Source: a virus
Lineage: Duplodnaviria > Heunggongvirae > Uroviricota > Caudoviricetes > Demerecviridae
Strand: one strand, 5' to 3'
Length of the DNA stretch: 64,000 nucleotides
Virus record (IMG/VR): IMGVR_UViG_2974604416_000001
Location: 1 to 64,000 of that record
The notes under the pieces were generated by a model. It made no database searches. It saw only the letters and a program-made list of their open reading frames with translations, and had not been told where the DNA came from. A program made the position numbers and the translations under genes. Positions 42,072 to 51,608 of the stretch are shown piece by piece (positions within the stretch are counted from its first letter, which is position 1; each line of letters starts with the position of its first letter).

Positions 42072-42203
42072 AAGTGAGCAATAACTATTTCACATTGAGG
42101 AGAACCCAATCCTCTAAGGTGGTGCTCTCCAAAGCAGATAAACAGTATAGCCCTAAAGAACGTCCACGTCAACCGCAGTTTAAAATGCTAACGGTAGTGT
42201 GGG

Positions 42204-43169
42204 TTAATCCGCTCTTCCAACAATAGTTGGGATAATGTCCCCAGCTCGAATAACCGCTACCTTACACCCAATTTCCAGACCTAGGGTCTCGATATACGTG
42301 ATGTTGTTCAAAGTAGCCCGGCTAATTGAAGTTCCCTTGATATCTACAGGTTCCAAAATGGCTACTGGAGTGACTCTGCCAGAAGAACCTACTTGCCACA
42401 CTACGTCCAGTAAGGTTGTCTCTACAGGCGGTTCGTCCTCTTTCACAGCATAAGCTCCGCGTGGGAACTTAGATGTGTAACCCAGTTCTGCAAACACCTT
42501 GTTATCATCTACTCGATAGACGACACCATCCTGTGGTGCGGTGTCAGCGTAGGGTCTATGGAGGGCTACATCAAATCCTTGGGCGTCTAGAATTTGCATA
42601 TCAGCGCTGTAGCTGTCTGTCATTGCTGGTACTAAGCCGTAAGCAATGAAAACAACACCATACTCTTCAAATACTCTCTTGGCTTCATTAAGGTCTTTTT
42701 CAGTAACTAGCTTACCAGAAACAATGTTTCTTGAGTTGGCAGAGGCTTTGGTAGCTACCACTTCCCCAGGTACTTGGACAATACCTTTCGCACCAAAAAA
42801 TCTATGAGGGATTTGGAGCAATTTGAGTTTATCAGTTACGTCCTGACCCTTCTCCCCGTCACCACGAGTGGTAGCACGAGCTAGGTGCCCGTCGAGGTAA
42901 ACCAGCTCAACAGCATTACCATCATACTTTGGGGAATCAACTAGCTGCTTGCCTGCGCAAGAGGTAGGAATCTTGTCGCCCCGCTTCGGATATACTTTTT
43001 GCAGAGAATACATCGGGTATGCCAGTGGGATGTCACCAGTAGGCCCAATACTTTTTTCTGCATTGTAGTACATAACCAAAGCATCATACTGCTCGTCAGA
43101 CAACTCTGGGGTGCCTTTGGCGTACAGCTCCTGATGGTGCTTAATTAGCTTTTCGATTTCTAAATTCAT
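42204..43169 (-). CDS. ligA: NAD-dependent DNA ligase, N-terminal adenylation subunit
   Basis: KxDG adenylation motif in SPKYDGNAVELVY; ends in TAA, 180 nt and one frame shift away from ligB (two-gene arrangement as in T5). Confidence 0.75.
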   Translation of the reverse strand: MNLEIEKLIKHHQELYAKGTPELSDEQYDALVMYYNAEKSIGPTGDIPLAYPMYSLQKVYPKRGDKIPTSCAGKQLVDSPKYDGNAVELVYLDGHLARATTRGDGEKGQDVTDKLKLLQIPHRFFGAKGIVQVPGEVVATKASANSRNIVSGKLVTEKDLNEAKRVFEEYGVVFIAYGLVPAMTDSYSADMQILDAQGFDVALHRPYADTAPQDGVVYRVDDNKVFAELGYTSKFPRGAYAVKEDEPPVETTLLDVVWQVGSSGRVTPVAILEPVDIKGTSISRATLNNITYIETLGLEIGCKVAVIRAGDIIPTIVGRAD

Positions 43170-43353
43170 AAAGTAGCTTTAACTCCTCATTCGAGAGGAT
43201 ATTAGCAAAAGCTGCTAATAGCCCATCTATGGTCTCGTCATTGTAGGGTAGGGTAATGCCATCTTTGGTGGGGAAATACTCCTCATCCCAAGTTGACCAA
43301 AACCACCTTCGGATACTGAGATATAGTTTTCCATTAAACTCGGACACTACCAT
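43141..43353 (-). CDS. hypothetical protein
   Basis: 70-aa ORF. Confidence 0.35.
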   Translation of the reverse strand: MVVSEFNGKLYLSIRRWFWSTWDEEYFPTKDGITLPYNDETIDGLLAAFANILSNEELKLLYEFRNRKAN

Positions 43354-43451
43354 TCTTATGGTATCCTGTGTGTCTTTGTATTGGCAGATATCAATGGAAA
43401 AGCATTCAGTAGAATCGGGGCCCAGTTCTGGCCCCGCCTAGGGAAGAGACA

Positions 43452-43718
43452 TTAGAACACTGAATTAAGCGGCTGAATGCTATTCACGAAACGCGGTTGC
43501 ACAGCAAAAATACGCTCATTAGTGCGGTCATAGATGACCAGATGGGGTTTACCGCCCAGAGCTTCTGCCAGCTGTGTACGGTGTTTATCGGTGATTTGGG
43601 GTTCCCACTTGCCAGGAGTTACAGTGGCTTGAATGAATTGGCGCTTACCGCCAACATACATTTCAAGGAAAAATTCATCCAGCTCTACAGCTTTAGCTTT
43701 CAGTACGGAAAATTGCAT
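43452..43718 (-). CDS. hypothetical protein
   Basis: 88-aa ORF. Confidence 0.35.
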   Translation of the reverse strand: MQFSVLKAKAVELDEFFLEMYVGGKRQFIQATVTPGKWEPQITDKHRTQLAEALGGKPHLVIYDRTNERIFAVQPRFVNSIQPLNSVF

Positions 43719-43738
43719 GTATTCTCTCCTAGTTATTA

Positions 43739-44137
43739 TTACTTGTTGAAGTTGCCGTTTTGAATGGCAGTGGCAAGGTATTGAGCTGCTTTGCCGGTCA
43801 GCTTACCAACGATTTCTTGGTCTACATCTTCTACACCGATAGCTTCCAGAGCTGCGGTTAGGGCTTTGTGGGCGCTGTCTTTGTTGACACGACCACCACC
43901 GGTTCCGGCACCAGCGGATGCTGCCTTCGGTTCAACTTTTTTCAGGACATACACACCAGCGTTGGTCAGGATAACACGGGCACTGTTCGGAGTAAGACCG
44001 AACTCAGTAGCGATGTTATTCACGATTTCCATCGTGACCTTAGGACGTTCTTCCTCGGGATACGCACTGATATCCTCTTTGTAGGTCTCGATTACTTGCT
44101 GTTTCAGTTCATCGGTGATAGGTACTGGCTTAGACAT
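43739..44137 (-). CDS. hypothetical protein
   Basis: 132-aa ORF; promoter cassette at 44160-44195. Confidence 0.4.
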   Translation of the reverse strand: MSKPVPITDELKQQVIETYKEDISAYPEEERPKVTMEIVNNIATEFGLTPNSARVILTNAGVYVLKKVEPKAASAGAGTGGGRVNKDSAHKALTAALEAIGVEDVDQEIVGKLTGKAAQYLATAIQNGNFNK

Positions 44138-44223
44138 TTACTTTCCTCGTTTTGTTGTTAAAGAGTTTTTCTCAATTCATGCAGATATTATAACGTGAAT
44201 CGGTGTTTCTAGCAATTTTTATT

Positions 44224-44574
44224 TTACAATGGAGTTTGGTACAGAACAACTTCTTGTAGATTCCCTATACGGACATTGGCTAGATTTCCGTCTCTAGGTG
44301 CCAGTGCTTTCTGGGCATGTAATGTGCGACCACGCATAATCCAGACAATCAGAGCTATAGACACACGCTGCCCATAAATGAAAAGGAACGGGTTGCCTAA
44401 CTTGTCATGCTTCCCCGCGGCCCCTGTAGCACCATATTCGTTACCATCCTTCCAACGCAGGCATGTGCTAGAAGTTTCATCATATACAAAGAGTTCATCT
44501 AACTCTTCTTTGGTAAGTTTCACCATTGTCTCACCCGTAAAAATTAAGAGGGCGTCTTTGCCCACAGGTTGCAC
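44224..44574 (-). CDS. hypothetical protein
   Basis: 116-aa ORF. Confidence 0.35.
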   Translation of the reverse strand: MQPVGKDALLIFTGETMVKLTKEELDELFVYDETSSTCLRWKDGNEYGATGAAGKHDKLGNPFLFIYGQRVSIALIVWIMRGRTLHAQKALAPRDGNLANVRIGNLQEVVLYQTPL

Positions 44575-44712
44575 CTTCTCTACAGGCGGTACAACAGTAG
44601 CCTACCCGCCTCGTAGTACCCCACTTATCAGTGTGTTGTATCGGACTACCCTCATACGCTGCTATTAACCTGCTACAGTAGTAGCAGCGTGCAAACACGC
44701 TGCCGTACATAA

Positions 44713-45414
44713 TTAGTCTCTCCGGTTGGCAGCCATGCGCGCTTTTCGCATAGTCTCATAGAGAATTTCCTTGATCTCGTCAGAGGACATGCTGGTAGTA
44801 AGCGACTTGAGGTTTACGCCCAAGGCTTCCAGATGCTTCAAGGAACCCAGATCCCACCAGTGATAGTTAACGTTGCGGTGTCTTTCGCTGTCAAGAAGGT
44901 ATACGCGGTATTGACCTTCTCCATGGTACTTACGAACTTCACCAATGCAACCATAACCGGAAACCCACACAAGCTCACCCATATCGAAGGTATCTTCTGG
45001 GCCTTGCTTGTAGCACTGGTCAGGCATTTGAGCAGGCCACAGAGGGTTCGGGGTTTCCGTTGTGCGAAGCAGCGCACCACTACGCCATAGAGCCATACGA
45101 AGTGCTTCTGTCGGGCGGCACAGACGCTTAGACAAGTCTGCCAGCGACACACCGTTTAGATAGCCTTCAATCAGACTTTCTAGCTCAACGCCTTCAATGG
45201 GGGTGCCACGCTTTAGCTTACGTCGAGCAGTATCACGTTCCTTATCTTCGTTATACTTCTCGATAATATCGGCCAATCGCTTGGTGTTGTAGGCGATGCC
45301 TAGGGTTTCACACGCCAGCTTTTTAGTTGCCCCATCCTCAAGCATTTTGATAACTTGGGGGATAAGAGCCTCATTATAATCCTGTTTTGGGCCACGGGCC
45401 ATAGTAACCTCCAC
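44713..45414 (-). CDS. hypothetical protein
   Basis: 233-aa ORF; promoter cassette at 45416-45450. Confidence 0.4.
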   Translation of the reverse strand: MEVTMARGPKQDYNEALIPQVIKMLEDGATKKLACETLGIAYNTKRLADIIEKYNEDKERDTARRKLKRGTPIEGVELESLIEGYLNGVSLADLSKRLCRPTEALRMALWRSGALLRTTETPNPLWPAQMPDQCYKQGPEDTFDMGELVWVSGYGCIGEVRKYHGEGQYRVYLLDSERHRNVNYHWWDLGSLKHLEALGVNLKSLTTSMSSDEIKEILYETMRKARMAANRRD

Positions 45415-45470
45415 TTTCCAATTTATGGAATAATTATATCAAAAATACAGGGTTTGAGGCAACGCTTATT

Positions 45471-45848
45471 TTACATTACCAATCCGGTTGAAATAAATGC
45501 GTCGAACTTACTTGCAGTATGCATGTCAGTTAACGGAGTCACTCGACCCTCAAAGCGGTTGAACCAGCTATGAGCTACCCCACATTCATCCATCCACTCC
45601 TTATCTCGGTCGGTGAAGGCTTCTTCTGGGTAGTGTAGGAACTGGATAGCAAAATTCCACTTGCATAGAGCTTGACTAACAGCATCTTTTTGATCGGAGG
45701 TGCTATAACTACCCAGGTAATGAGCATGTGCTGGTTTCAGTTCAGCAAACTCTTCTGGAGTCATGTCGATCAGCATAACACACGCGGTTTCTGGGACTTC
45801 TTCAAACAGTACGAGTACTTTCATTTTATTCTCCATATCCAACTGCAA
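45471..45848 (-). CDS. hypothetical protein
   Basis: 125-aa ORF. Confidence 0.35.
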   Translation of the reverse strand: MQLDMENKMKVLVLFEEVPETACVMLIDMTPEEFAELKPAHAHYLGSYSTSDQKDAVSQALCKWNFAIQFLHYPEEAFTDRDKEWMDECGVAHSWFNRFEGRVTPLTDMHTASKFDAFISTGLVM

Positions 45849-46058
45849 AAGTGTCGGGTGCTTGAGTGGGCCGAATCATTGCTGCCCACTCCAAATCTAC
45901 CAGGGCATTAGTTACTTTACGGGAACGGCCTGCAACATTGGACTGCCTACGGGAAGGCTTACAGCTACCCCAGAAAAGCTCTTCCTTGTCCAGATCCATT
46001 ATGTGCTGAAACTGACGAGCTACGAGATCATGCAGATAAGTTACTTTTGCCATTTTAA

Positions 46059-46520
46059 TCACCAGTCGTAAGTGAAGCCAGAATAACCACCATGAAGGAT
46101 TTCCCACATGAGGGTTTCGATTTTTTCTCGGGTCATTTCAGTGTACTCTGCAATCTCTGCATCGGAAGCACCGTTAACAACCATATGTACGGGTTCTTCC
46201 ATAAGAGTAACAAAGTCGCAGAAAGTATGACGCTCTTGGTCAAAGCAAGAATCTTTGCCTATGAACTTCCGAAACTCGGGGTAGCGTTCACGAGACGGAA
46301 CCCAGTCCAGCTTTGGCAGTACCTCAGCCAGTTCACTGAAAACTTCCCAAGCCAGTTTTAGGTCTCGGGTCTGGGTAGCTTCCTCAAGCAGTGCAACTGC
46401 CCCACTTTGGATTTGTCGGTGGCATTGCACCAGATTTTTAGCAGATACCAGCATATTAGATTCCCCATGCTTTGTGATGAATGTCCAGAAGAGCCATAAC
46501 CACTCGGTTAGCTCGACCAC
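46059..46520 (-). CDS. hypothetical protein
   Basis: 153-aa ORF. Confidence 0.35.
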   Translation of the reverse strand: MVELTEWLWLFWTFITKHGESNMLVSAKNLVQCHRQIQSGAVALLEEATQTRDLKLAWEVFSELAEVLPKLDWVPSRERYPEFRKFIGKDSCFDQERHTFCDFVTLMEEPVHMVVNGASDAEIAEYTEMTREKIETLMWEILHGGYSGFTYDW

Positions 46521-46641
46521 CTACTCTACGCATTTTCTTGGAAATATGGGTAGTCTTTTGGGCCAGTTGGGACTTGGCAATGTGGTCAAGTTCGTCCCAA
46601 CGACGGTCGAGCAGGTCATACAAATCGGTGCTTCGTTTCAT
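46456..46641 (-). CDS. hypothetical protein
   Basis: 61-aa ORF; promoter cassette at 46655-46690. Confidence 0.3.
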   Translation of the reverse strand: MKRSTDLYDLLDRRWDELDHIAKSQLAQKTTHISKKMRRVGGRANRVVMALLDIHHKAWGI

Positions 46642-46837
46642 TGCTAAGTTCCTCGTTTCAATTTATGCAATAATTATAGCAATTATTCAGGTCGTGGGCA
46701 ATAGATATTTTAAATCGGGATAACGCCTGATTAGTTGCTCCAGATTTTTACGTAAGTTTGGCTCATAGGGCTCCAACAACGCTGGAGCCGCAAAGAAAGC
46801 CACACTGAAAGGGTACACTTTACACATCATCCATTAG

Positions 46838-47026
46838 TTACCTCGGCCAGAACCTATTGTGCTGCCTCTCAATGGCACGCAACTTCCTATAGGTCTTGTT
46901 AAAGAGACCTTTATTATTGCGCTGCTTACGGGAGTAGCACCAAGGGTTTAAATCATTGTATGCCCTGAGATATTGTGACATGTAGATTTCATGCAGTTCA
47001 GATAGGTAGGTCACGTGCTTAGACAT
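46838..47026 (-). CDS. hypothetical protein
   Basis: 62-aa ORF. Confidence 0.3.
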   Translation of the reverse strand: MSKHVTYLSELHEIYMSQYLRAYNDLNPWCYSRKQRNNKGLFNKTYRKLRAIERQHNRFWPR

Positions 47027-47039
47027 TTTATATCCTCAA

Positions 47040-49967
47040 TTATAGCTCTAACATCTCAGAGTAGTCTACAGGAGACTCTTCCTTAAGTGCAGAAGGAAGC
47101 GGTAGACTATTAAAGGAGCAATACTTCTCTACGTTAAATAGGGCGTTTGCTGGTTCCCATACCCAATGTTTAGCATCCAAAGGAATACCTAGCATACTGA
47201 ACAATAGTGTAGGGATTTTGTTGTTATAATGTACACCGGCTCTAAACAGCTTTGGTAGGTTTACAAGACACAAGTCAATAAACTTGGCCTTCTTCCAACC
47301 CGCTTCTAGCTGTGCATCCATGATTTGACACAGCTCGTCCCATAACCCTGGAATCATCATGAATCGGTACGCTTTCTCAGCCTTCTTCAAGGTGTTATCC
47401 TCTAGGAAGTCGATAATCATATCCACAGTGATATCCTCTACTCCAGAGAAGTGTTGGACAGCTTTGTAGATCATCTGAGCATTATTTATCCTTCGTGTGT
47501 TAGGGATATTTTTACTCATGTAGATTTTAGTAGCGTACAAATTCAAGTGCTCCTCTGAATACATAGCCAAAGCTTTGTACTCAAGCAAGTTTTCTTCACA
47601 CGGAGGAAGAATAGTTACCTTGCTGGTTTTCTTGAGCATATTGTAGCGGACGTAGAACTGGTACTTGTTATGCTCCCGCATCTTCCGTAAAAAGAAGATG
47701 GTTTGCAAATCACCAACCATACCCTTATCAAAAGATGACAAGCACTTAGCTGGGGTAGACACCCCACCGTTAGCATCACCAGAAGTCCAGTAATGGACGT
47801 AAATCGGGTGACGCTCTCGACAGATAGCTTGAATGCGAATTGCTGGACTGTTTAAGCCAGATGACGTAATACAATACACATGGGTAAAGTACTTCTGGAA
47901 GTCAACACCAGAGGTCATACTTGGGCTTGTAATACAGATATCCACACATAGCTCTTTGAGGGCTTTTGTTGGTACAGCAGCGTCCATAATCATACGTACG
48001 TCTTCGTCATCCCGACTTTCTGCGTGAATCTCCACAATAGTAGGGACGCGCACTCCGTTAGCAATACAATGCTGTTGGATGCCGTAAGACAACTCGTCAA
48101 TCTGCTTAGGGCCGTAATCGGTTACTACTAGGATACGCATTGGTAGACCAGAGCTAGCGTTTGTTAGCATATGACCAACAATATCAGGCTCAGTCTTGTG
48201 CTCGTACACTTTGGCATCTAGGTGAGTAGGAACCTCAGACTGGTAGGTAATGGTTGGTTTTGTGTGCCCGACCAAAGCTGAGTAGGCTTCCACAGTCTCG
48301 CTAGAGGTATCACCGTCTGCCAAGATCACGTAATCACACTGAATCATTAGTAGATACAGTGCGTTAAGGATTCGGTCTCGGCGTTCAGAGTCAATGATAG
48401 CACTATCGAGGAGTTCTTGAATGGTGCTGTCAGACTCATCAATAAACAAAGTTTTGGTACCGGGGATACCAGTGAACCTTTCCGCAACTTTGTGCAAGCT
48501 GTGGATAGTGGTAGCGATACCGTTCTTGTTTATTTCGAAACCTAGCTTGGTGTACACGTCCAAATCCATCGCAGAAGCGATGGATTCTACCAGAGTAACA
48601 CGGTTGGTGACAGCTAGGATAGAACCCAACTTACCACGCTTCTGTAGCTCACGAACAGAATAGGTTTTACCCATACCCAGGGATGCTTTCAGAAAACTGA
48701 GCTTACCACGTTCAGGGAACGAGTCAGGTAGCACAAGCTTGCCCATAGGAGAAGGCTCACAATCGTGAATTTGGTGCTTCCACTTATTCTCCTTAGGAAA
48801 GGAAACACTACGAGCAACGTCGGCAATAGACCTAGCCATAGCGAAGCGGAAACCGTTATGTAGGTAATCTTTGACCTTTTTCGTGCTGCCATGACGTTTT
48901 GAGTAGCTCCGTAGAATGGGTGTAAGAATATTGCGCTCAAAGTCTTTAATGTCCAGACCTTCCTGTAGCGCATCAAAGTAAAGGGTGTGTACAGTTTTAA
49001 TGTACATGTTATCACTTACTTTACCGGTCATGATATCATTACACTTTCTCTGCAAGTTTGCTGGTAGCTGTGCTACGGCTTTATCAATCTCTGGATTAGC
49101 TAAAACAGGAATACCATCTAGTTTAGCCATGATTTCCAGGTGGTGCTTATTCAGCTCCTCGTATTCTGTTGCCTCAATAGCCGACTCCAGAGCTTTTGGG
49201 ATAGTAGCACTACAGCCAAAAGTGTAATACAGCCTATCTGTATTGTGGAAAGGGTCAGCCAGCCCCTCAAGAGTTGGGGGAGCCGTAATCAGAATACGTG
49301 CAGGAGAGTAGGTGGTATTGTCAAGGAATCCTTGCAGCTTCTGGTTAATTTGGTCAATCAGAAAACGGATTTGACCACCAGTAAGCTCGTGCTCATTCAC
49401 AAAGTAGAAGTGCGCACGAATACCGGAACTGATACCTGCCGAAGAGGATGCCAGAACAATGTGACCCATAGTCTCAGGGAAAAATTCTGGGAACTCTTGG
49501 TGTAGTAGGCCCACAATGTACTTACCAACTTCTGGCAAGTCAATTGGGTTAGGCGCAGACATATCGACCCAAGAGTCAATGTCAAACGCGATTAGCTTGA
49601 AGGGTGCATTGTGACTATCGAATGCTACCTTAGTACGTGGAACAAGGGTATCTTGTCCCACTTTCTTTTTACCCACTACCATCAGCAGGTTAGGGTTATT
49701 TTGGGATTTGCGTAGGAATTTTACAGCACTCTTAATGCTATCAGGATTTGCTTCCTGTACTACTTCGTAGTAAAACTTCTTCCTTAGATCGCCGGATTCT
49801 GCTTTTAGCAGAAACGGCACAGGCATACCATCTTCCAGCTTGAAGGTAGACGTTATGCTTTTAGTAAAGCTGGGGGTGTGAGTCAAAGGTACATACTCTT
49901 CCCTCATGCTATTATCTGAGGTTCGGATGTACCTACGCACCAATCTTGGAGCTAGGATAGAGAACAT
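47040..49967 (-). CDS. primase-polymerase (AEP-like DxD) / SF3-type helicase fusion-like replication protein
   Basis: 975-aa intact ORF; LIAFDIDS (hhhDhD) near the N-terminus and Walker A KASLGMGKTYS centrally; zero in-frame TAG. Confidence 0.45.
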   Translation of the reverse strand: MFSILAPRLVRRYIRTSDNSMREEYVPLTHTPSFTKSITSTFKLEDGMPVPFLLKAESGDLRKKFYYEVVQEANPDSIKSAVKFLRKSQNNPNLLMVVGKKKVGQDTLVPRTKVAFDSHNAPFKLIAFDIDSWVDMSAPNPIDLPEVGKYIVGLLHQEFPEFFPETMGHIVLASSSAGISSGIRAHFYFVNEHELTGGQIRFLIDQINQKLQGFLDNTTYSPARILITAPPTLEGLADPFHNTDRLYYTFGCSATIPKALESAIEATEYEELNKHHLEIMAKLDGIPVLANPEIDKAVAQLPANLQRKCNDIMTGKVSDNMYIKTVHTLYFDALQEGLDIKDFERNILTPILRSYSKRHGSTKKVKDYLHNGFRFAMARSIADVARSVSFPKENKWKHQIHDCEPSPMGKLVLPDSFPERGKLSFLKASLGMGKTYSVRELQKRGKLGSILAVTNRVTLVESIASAMDLDVYTKLGFEINKNGIATTIHSLHKVAERFTGIPGTKTLFIDESDSTIQELLDSAIIDSERRDRILNALYLLMIQCDYVILADGDTSSETVEAYSALVGHTKPTITYQSEVPTHLDAKVYEHKTEPDIVGHMLTNASSGLPMRILVVTDYGPKQIDELSYGIQQHCIANGVRVPTIVEIHAESRDDEDVRMIMDAAVPTKALKELCVDICITSPSMTSGVDFQKYFTHVYCITSSGLNSPAIRIQAICRERHPIYVHYWTSGDANGGVSTPAKCLSSFDKGMVGDLQTIFFLRKMREHNKYQFYVRYNMLKKTSKVTILPPCEENLLEYKALAMYSEEHLNLYATKIYMSKNIPNTRRINNAQMIYKAVQHFSGVEDITVDMIIDFLEDNTLKKAEKAYRFMMIPGLWDELCQIMDAQLEAGWKKAKFIDLCLVNLPKLFRAGVHYNNKIPTLLFSMLGIPLDAKHWVWEPANALFNVEKYCSFNSLPLPSALKEESPVDYSEMLEL

Positions 49968-51552
49968 GAATTGACAACCTCTTAATTATAACTTAGGCTC
50001 ACATAAAATCCGTCCAAAGTACGTATTTCAGTGGCACTTTTTTAAGGGTGTGAAAAAGCCTAGCCCTTCGAGCGTCGATATGGACGTGGACTAGGCAGTT
50101 TCAGAAATAAACCCCAATATACAACACCAGGCAGGAGCTCTAAAGAGCTTTTTGTACCCAAAACCAAACCCTTCTTTCGAAGGTAAACAAAGACTATACT
50201 AAAACCTATTCGACCGTACACTGGTGTGGTTAAGTCTTCCAGCATTACTAGCTGTTCCCCAACATCTAGTAACACTTTCTCTCTATATAATACCAGATTA
50301 CTTGATAGAGTCCCACCTCACACAATACATCTGAACCACTCTTATCACGTCGTAACTCTATTGTTTGGAACAATGGGTTCCAGAAGGCTATACGGTGCTA
50401 GTGGTTCGCACTAGCTGCCACCTCCCACTCAAGTTATGTAACGGAAGCGCTTTGGCATAGGTCAGTTAGCATACTGCCTATTATTACCTGTAATTTAATA
50501 CAAGAGACCAACTATTGTCGAATACTTTTCAGTATTTGTTACCACCCTACTACAAGGAAGTAACAAATACTGCTTCGGGGGAAGCAGTATTCGGGTTTAC
50601 TCAGACTCTCCAGTGATCCTGTGGCGTCCACTGGCATCTATTCAGTTTTCCATCTGTTACGTTTTCACTTCTGCGACCACATCCATAGACACACGTAAAA
50701 CATGTCCAGCCTTGCCAGCTTTTGGGATGTACCATTTTGCTTTGTTTTCGGTCTGGGGCAGGGAAATTGTCGCCAACCTGCCTGGTGTTGCATATTATAC
50801 TGCTTTAACCGTAAGCAGTACCCAATCTGTTTCAAGCAACCTCTTTCGAGGTGGGATTCTCCCGCTAAAGAGATTCCCGTCTAAGGAGGAAAACCGCGCT
50901 GGCTTCCTCGAATTCCCTAAAGTATGTGAGCTTCTGGCCTTTGAGCGACCATTGGCGTTACGTCGGAGCTGGGTGTGATCCCACAACTGAATCTACCTCC
51001 ATAGACCAGTCTCACAGCTTTACCTCTACTACTACAAAGATTCTCTGCCTGTCTTTTCACAGGTTTCACCTGCGGCAAGGCTGTCAAAGAATAGGAGGCT
51101 GCTTCATAATCTCGGTACCAAATAGGCCGCTAAACCTAAAAGGATACTGACCGGCAGCAGAGGACTCGTAACCCGCATCCATTACTGGATATTCCTCACC
51201 AACGCTTTCAGGAGGTAGACAATGTCACGTACTAACATTGCCTAGTACTTACGGCGCTGACCACGAACGTGGCTAGCTAGGGAAACCCCTAGTAATACCG
51301 ACTTTTCGGGAAAACCTTGTTCACAGACCTGAGAGGGTTTATTTCTCAGTTCATGCATATAGTATATCAAAAAACATGGTGAGGAGCAAGAACTGTTTCA
51401 AAGTGCCCAATCCCCAGCAGTTTTTCTATTTGTATAGTTTATCAAATACGGTGGCAGAAGGCAATATTTGCGTCAGCAAAATTTAACCCTGCGCCGCAGC
51501 CCTCATTTCGGAATACGCCAACGGGTTACGCGTAAACATGTTAATCTAAGTC

Positions 51553-51581
51553 TTGACATTTTGGCTTGTTTTTGATATACT
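51553..51581 (+). promoter_or_regulatory. sigma70 consensus promoter for nrdD
   Basis: TTGACA, 17-nt spacer, TATACT; followed by a GGAGG RBS and the ATG at 51609. Confidence 0.65.
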
Positions 51582-51608
51582 GTGTAAATTAAATGACGGA
51601 GGTAAAAT

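Noticed and set aside
42026-42203. Programmed frameshift joining ligA and ligB
   Set aside because: ligB has its own strong RBS, ATG and promoters, and ligA ends in a clean TAA. The two-gene organisation is known from T5.
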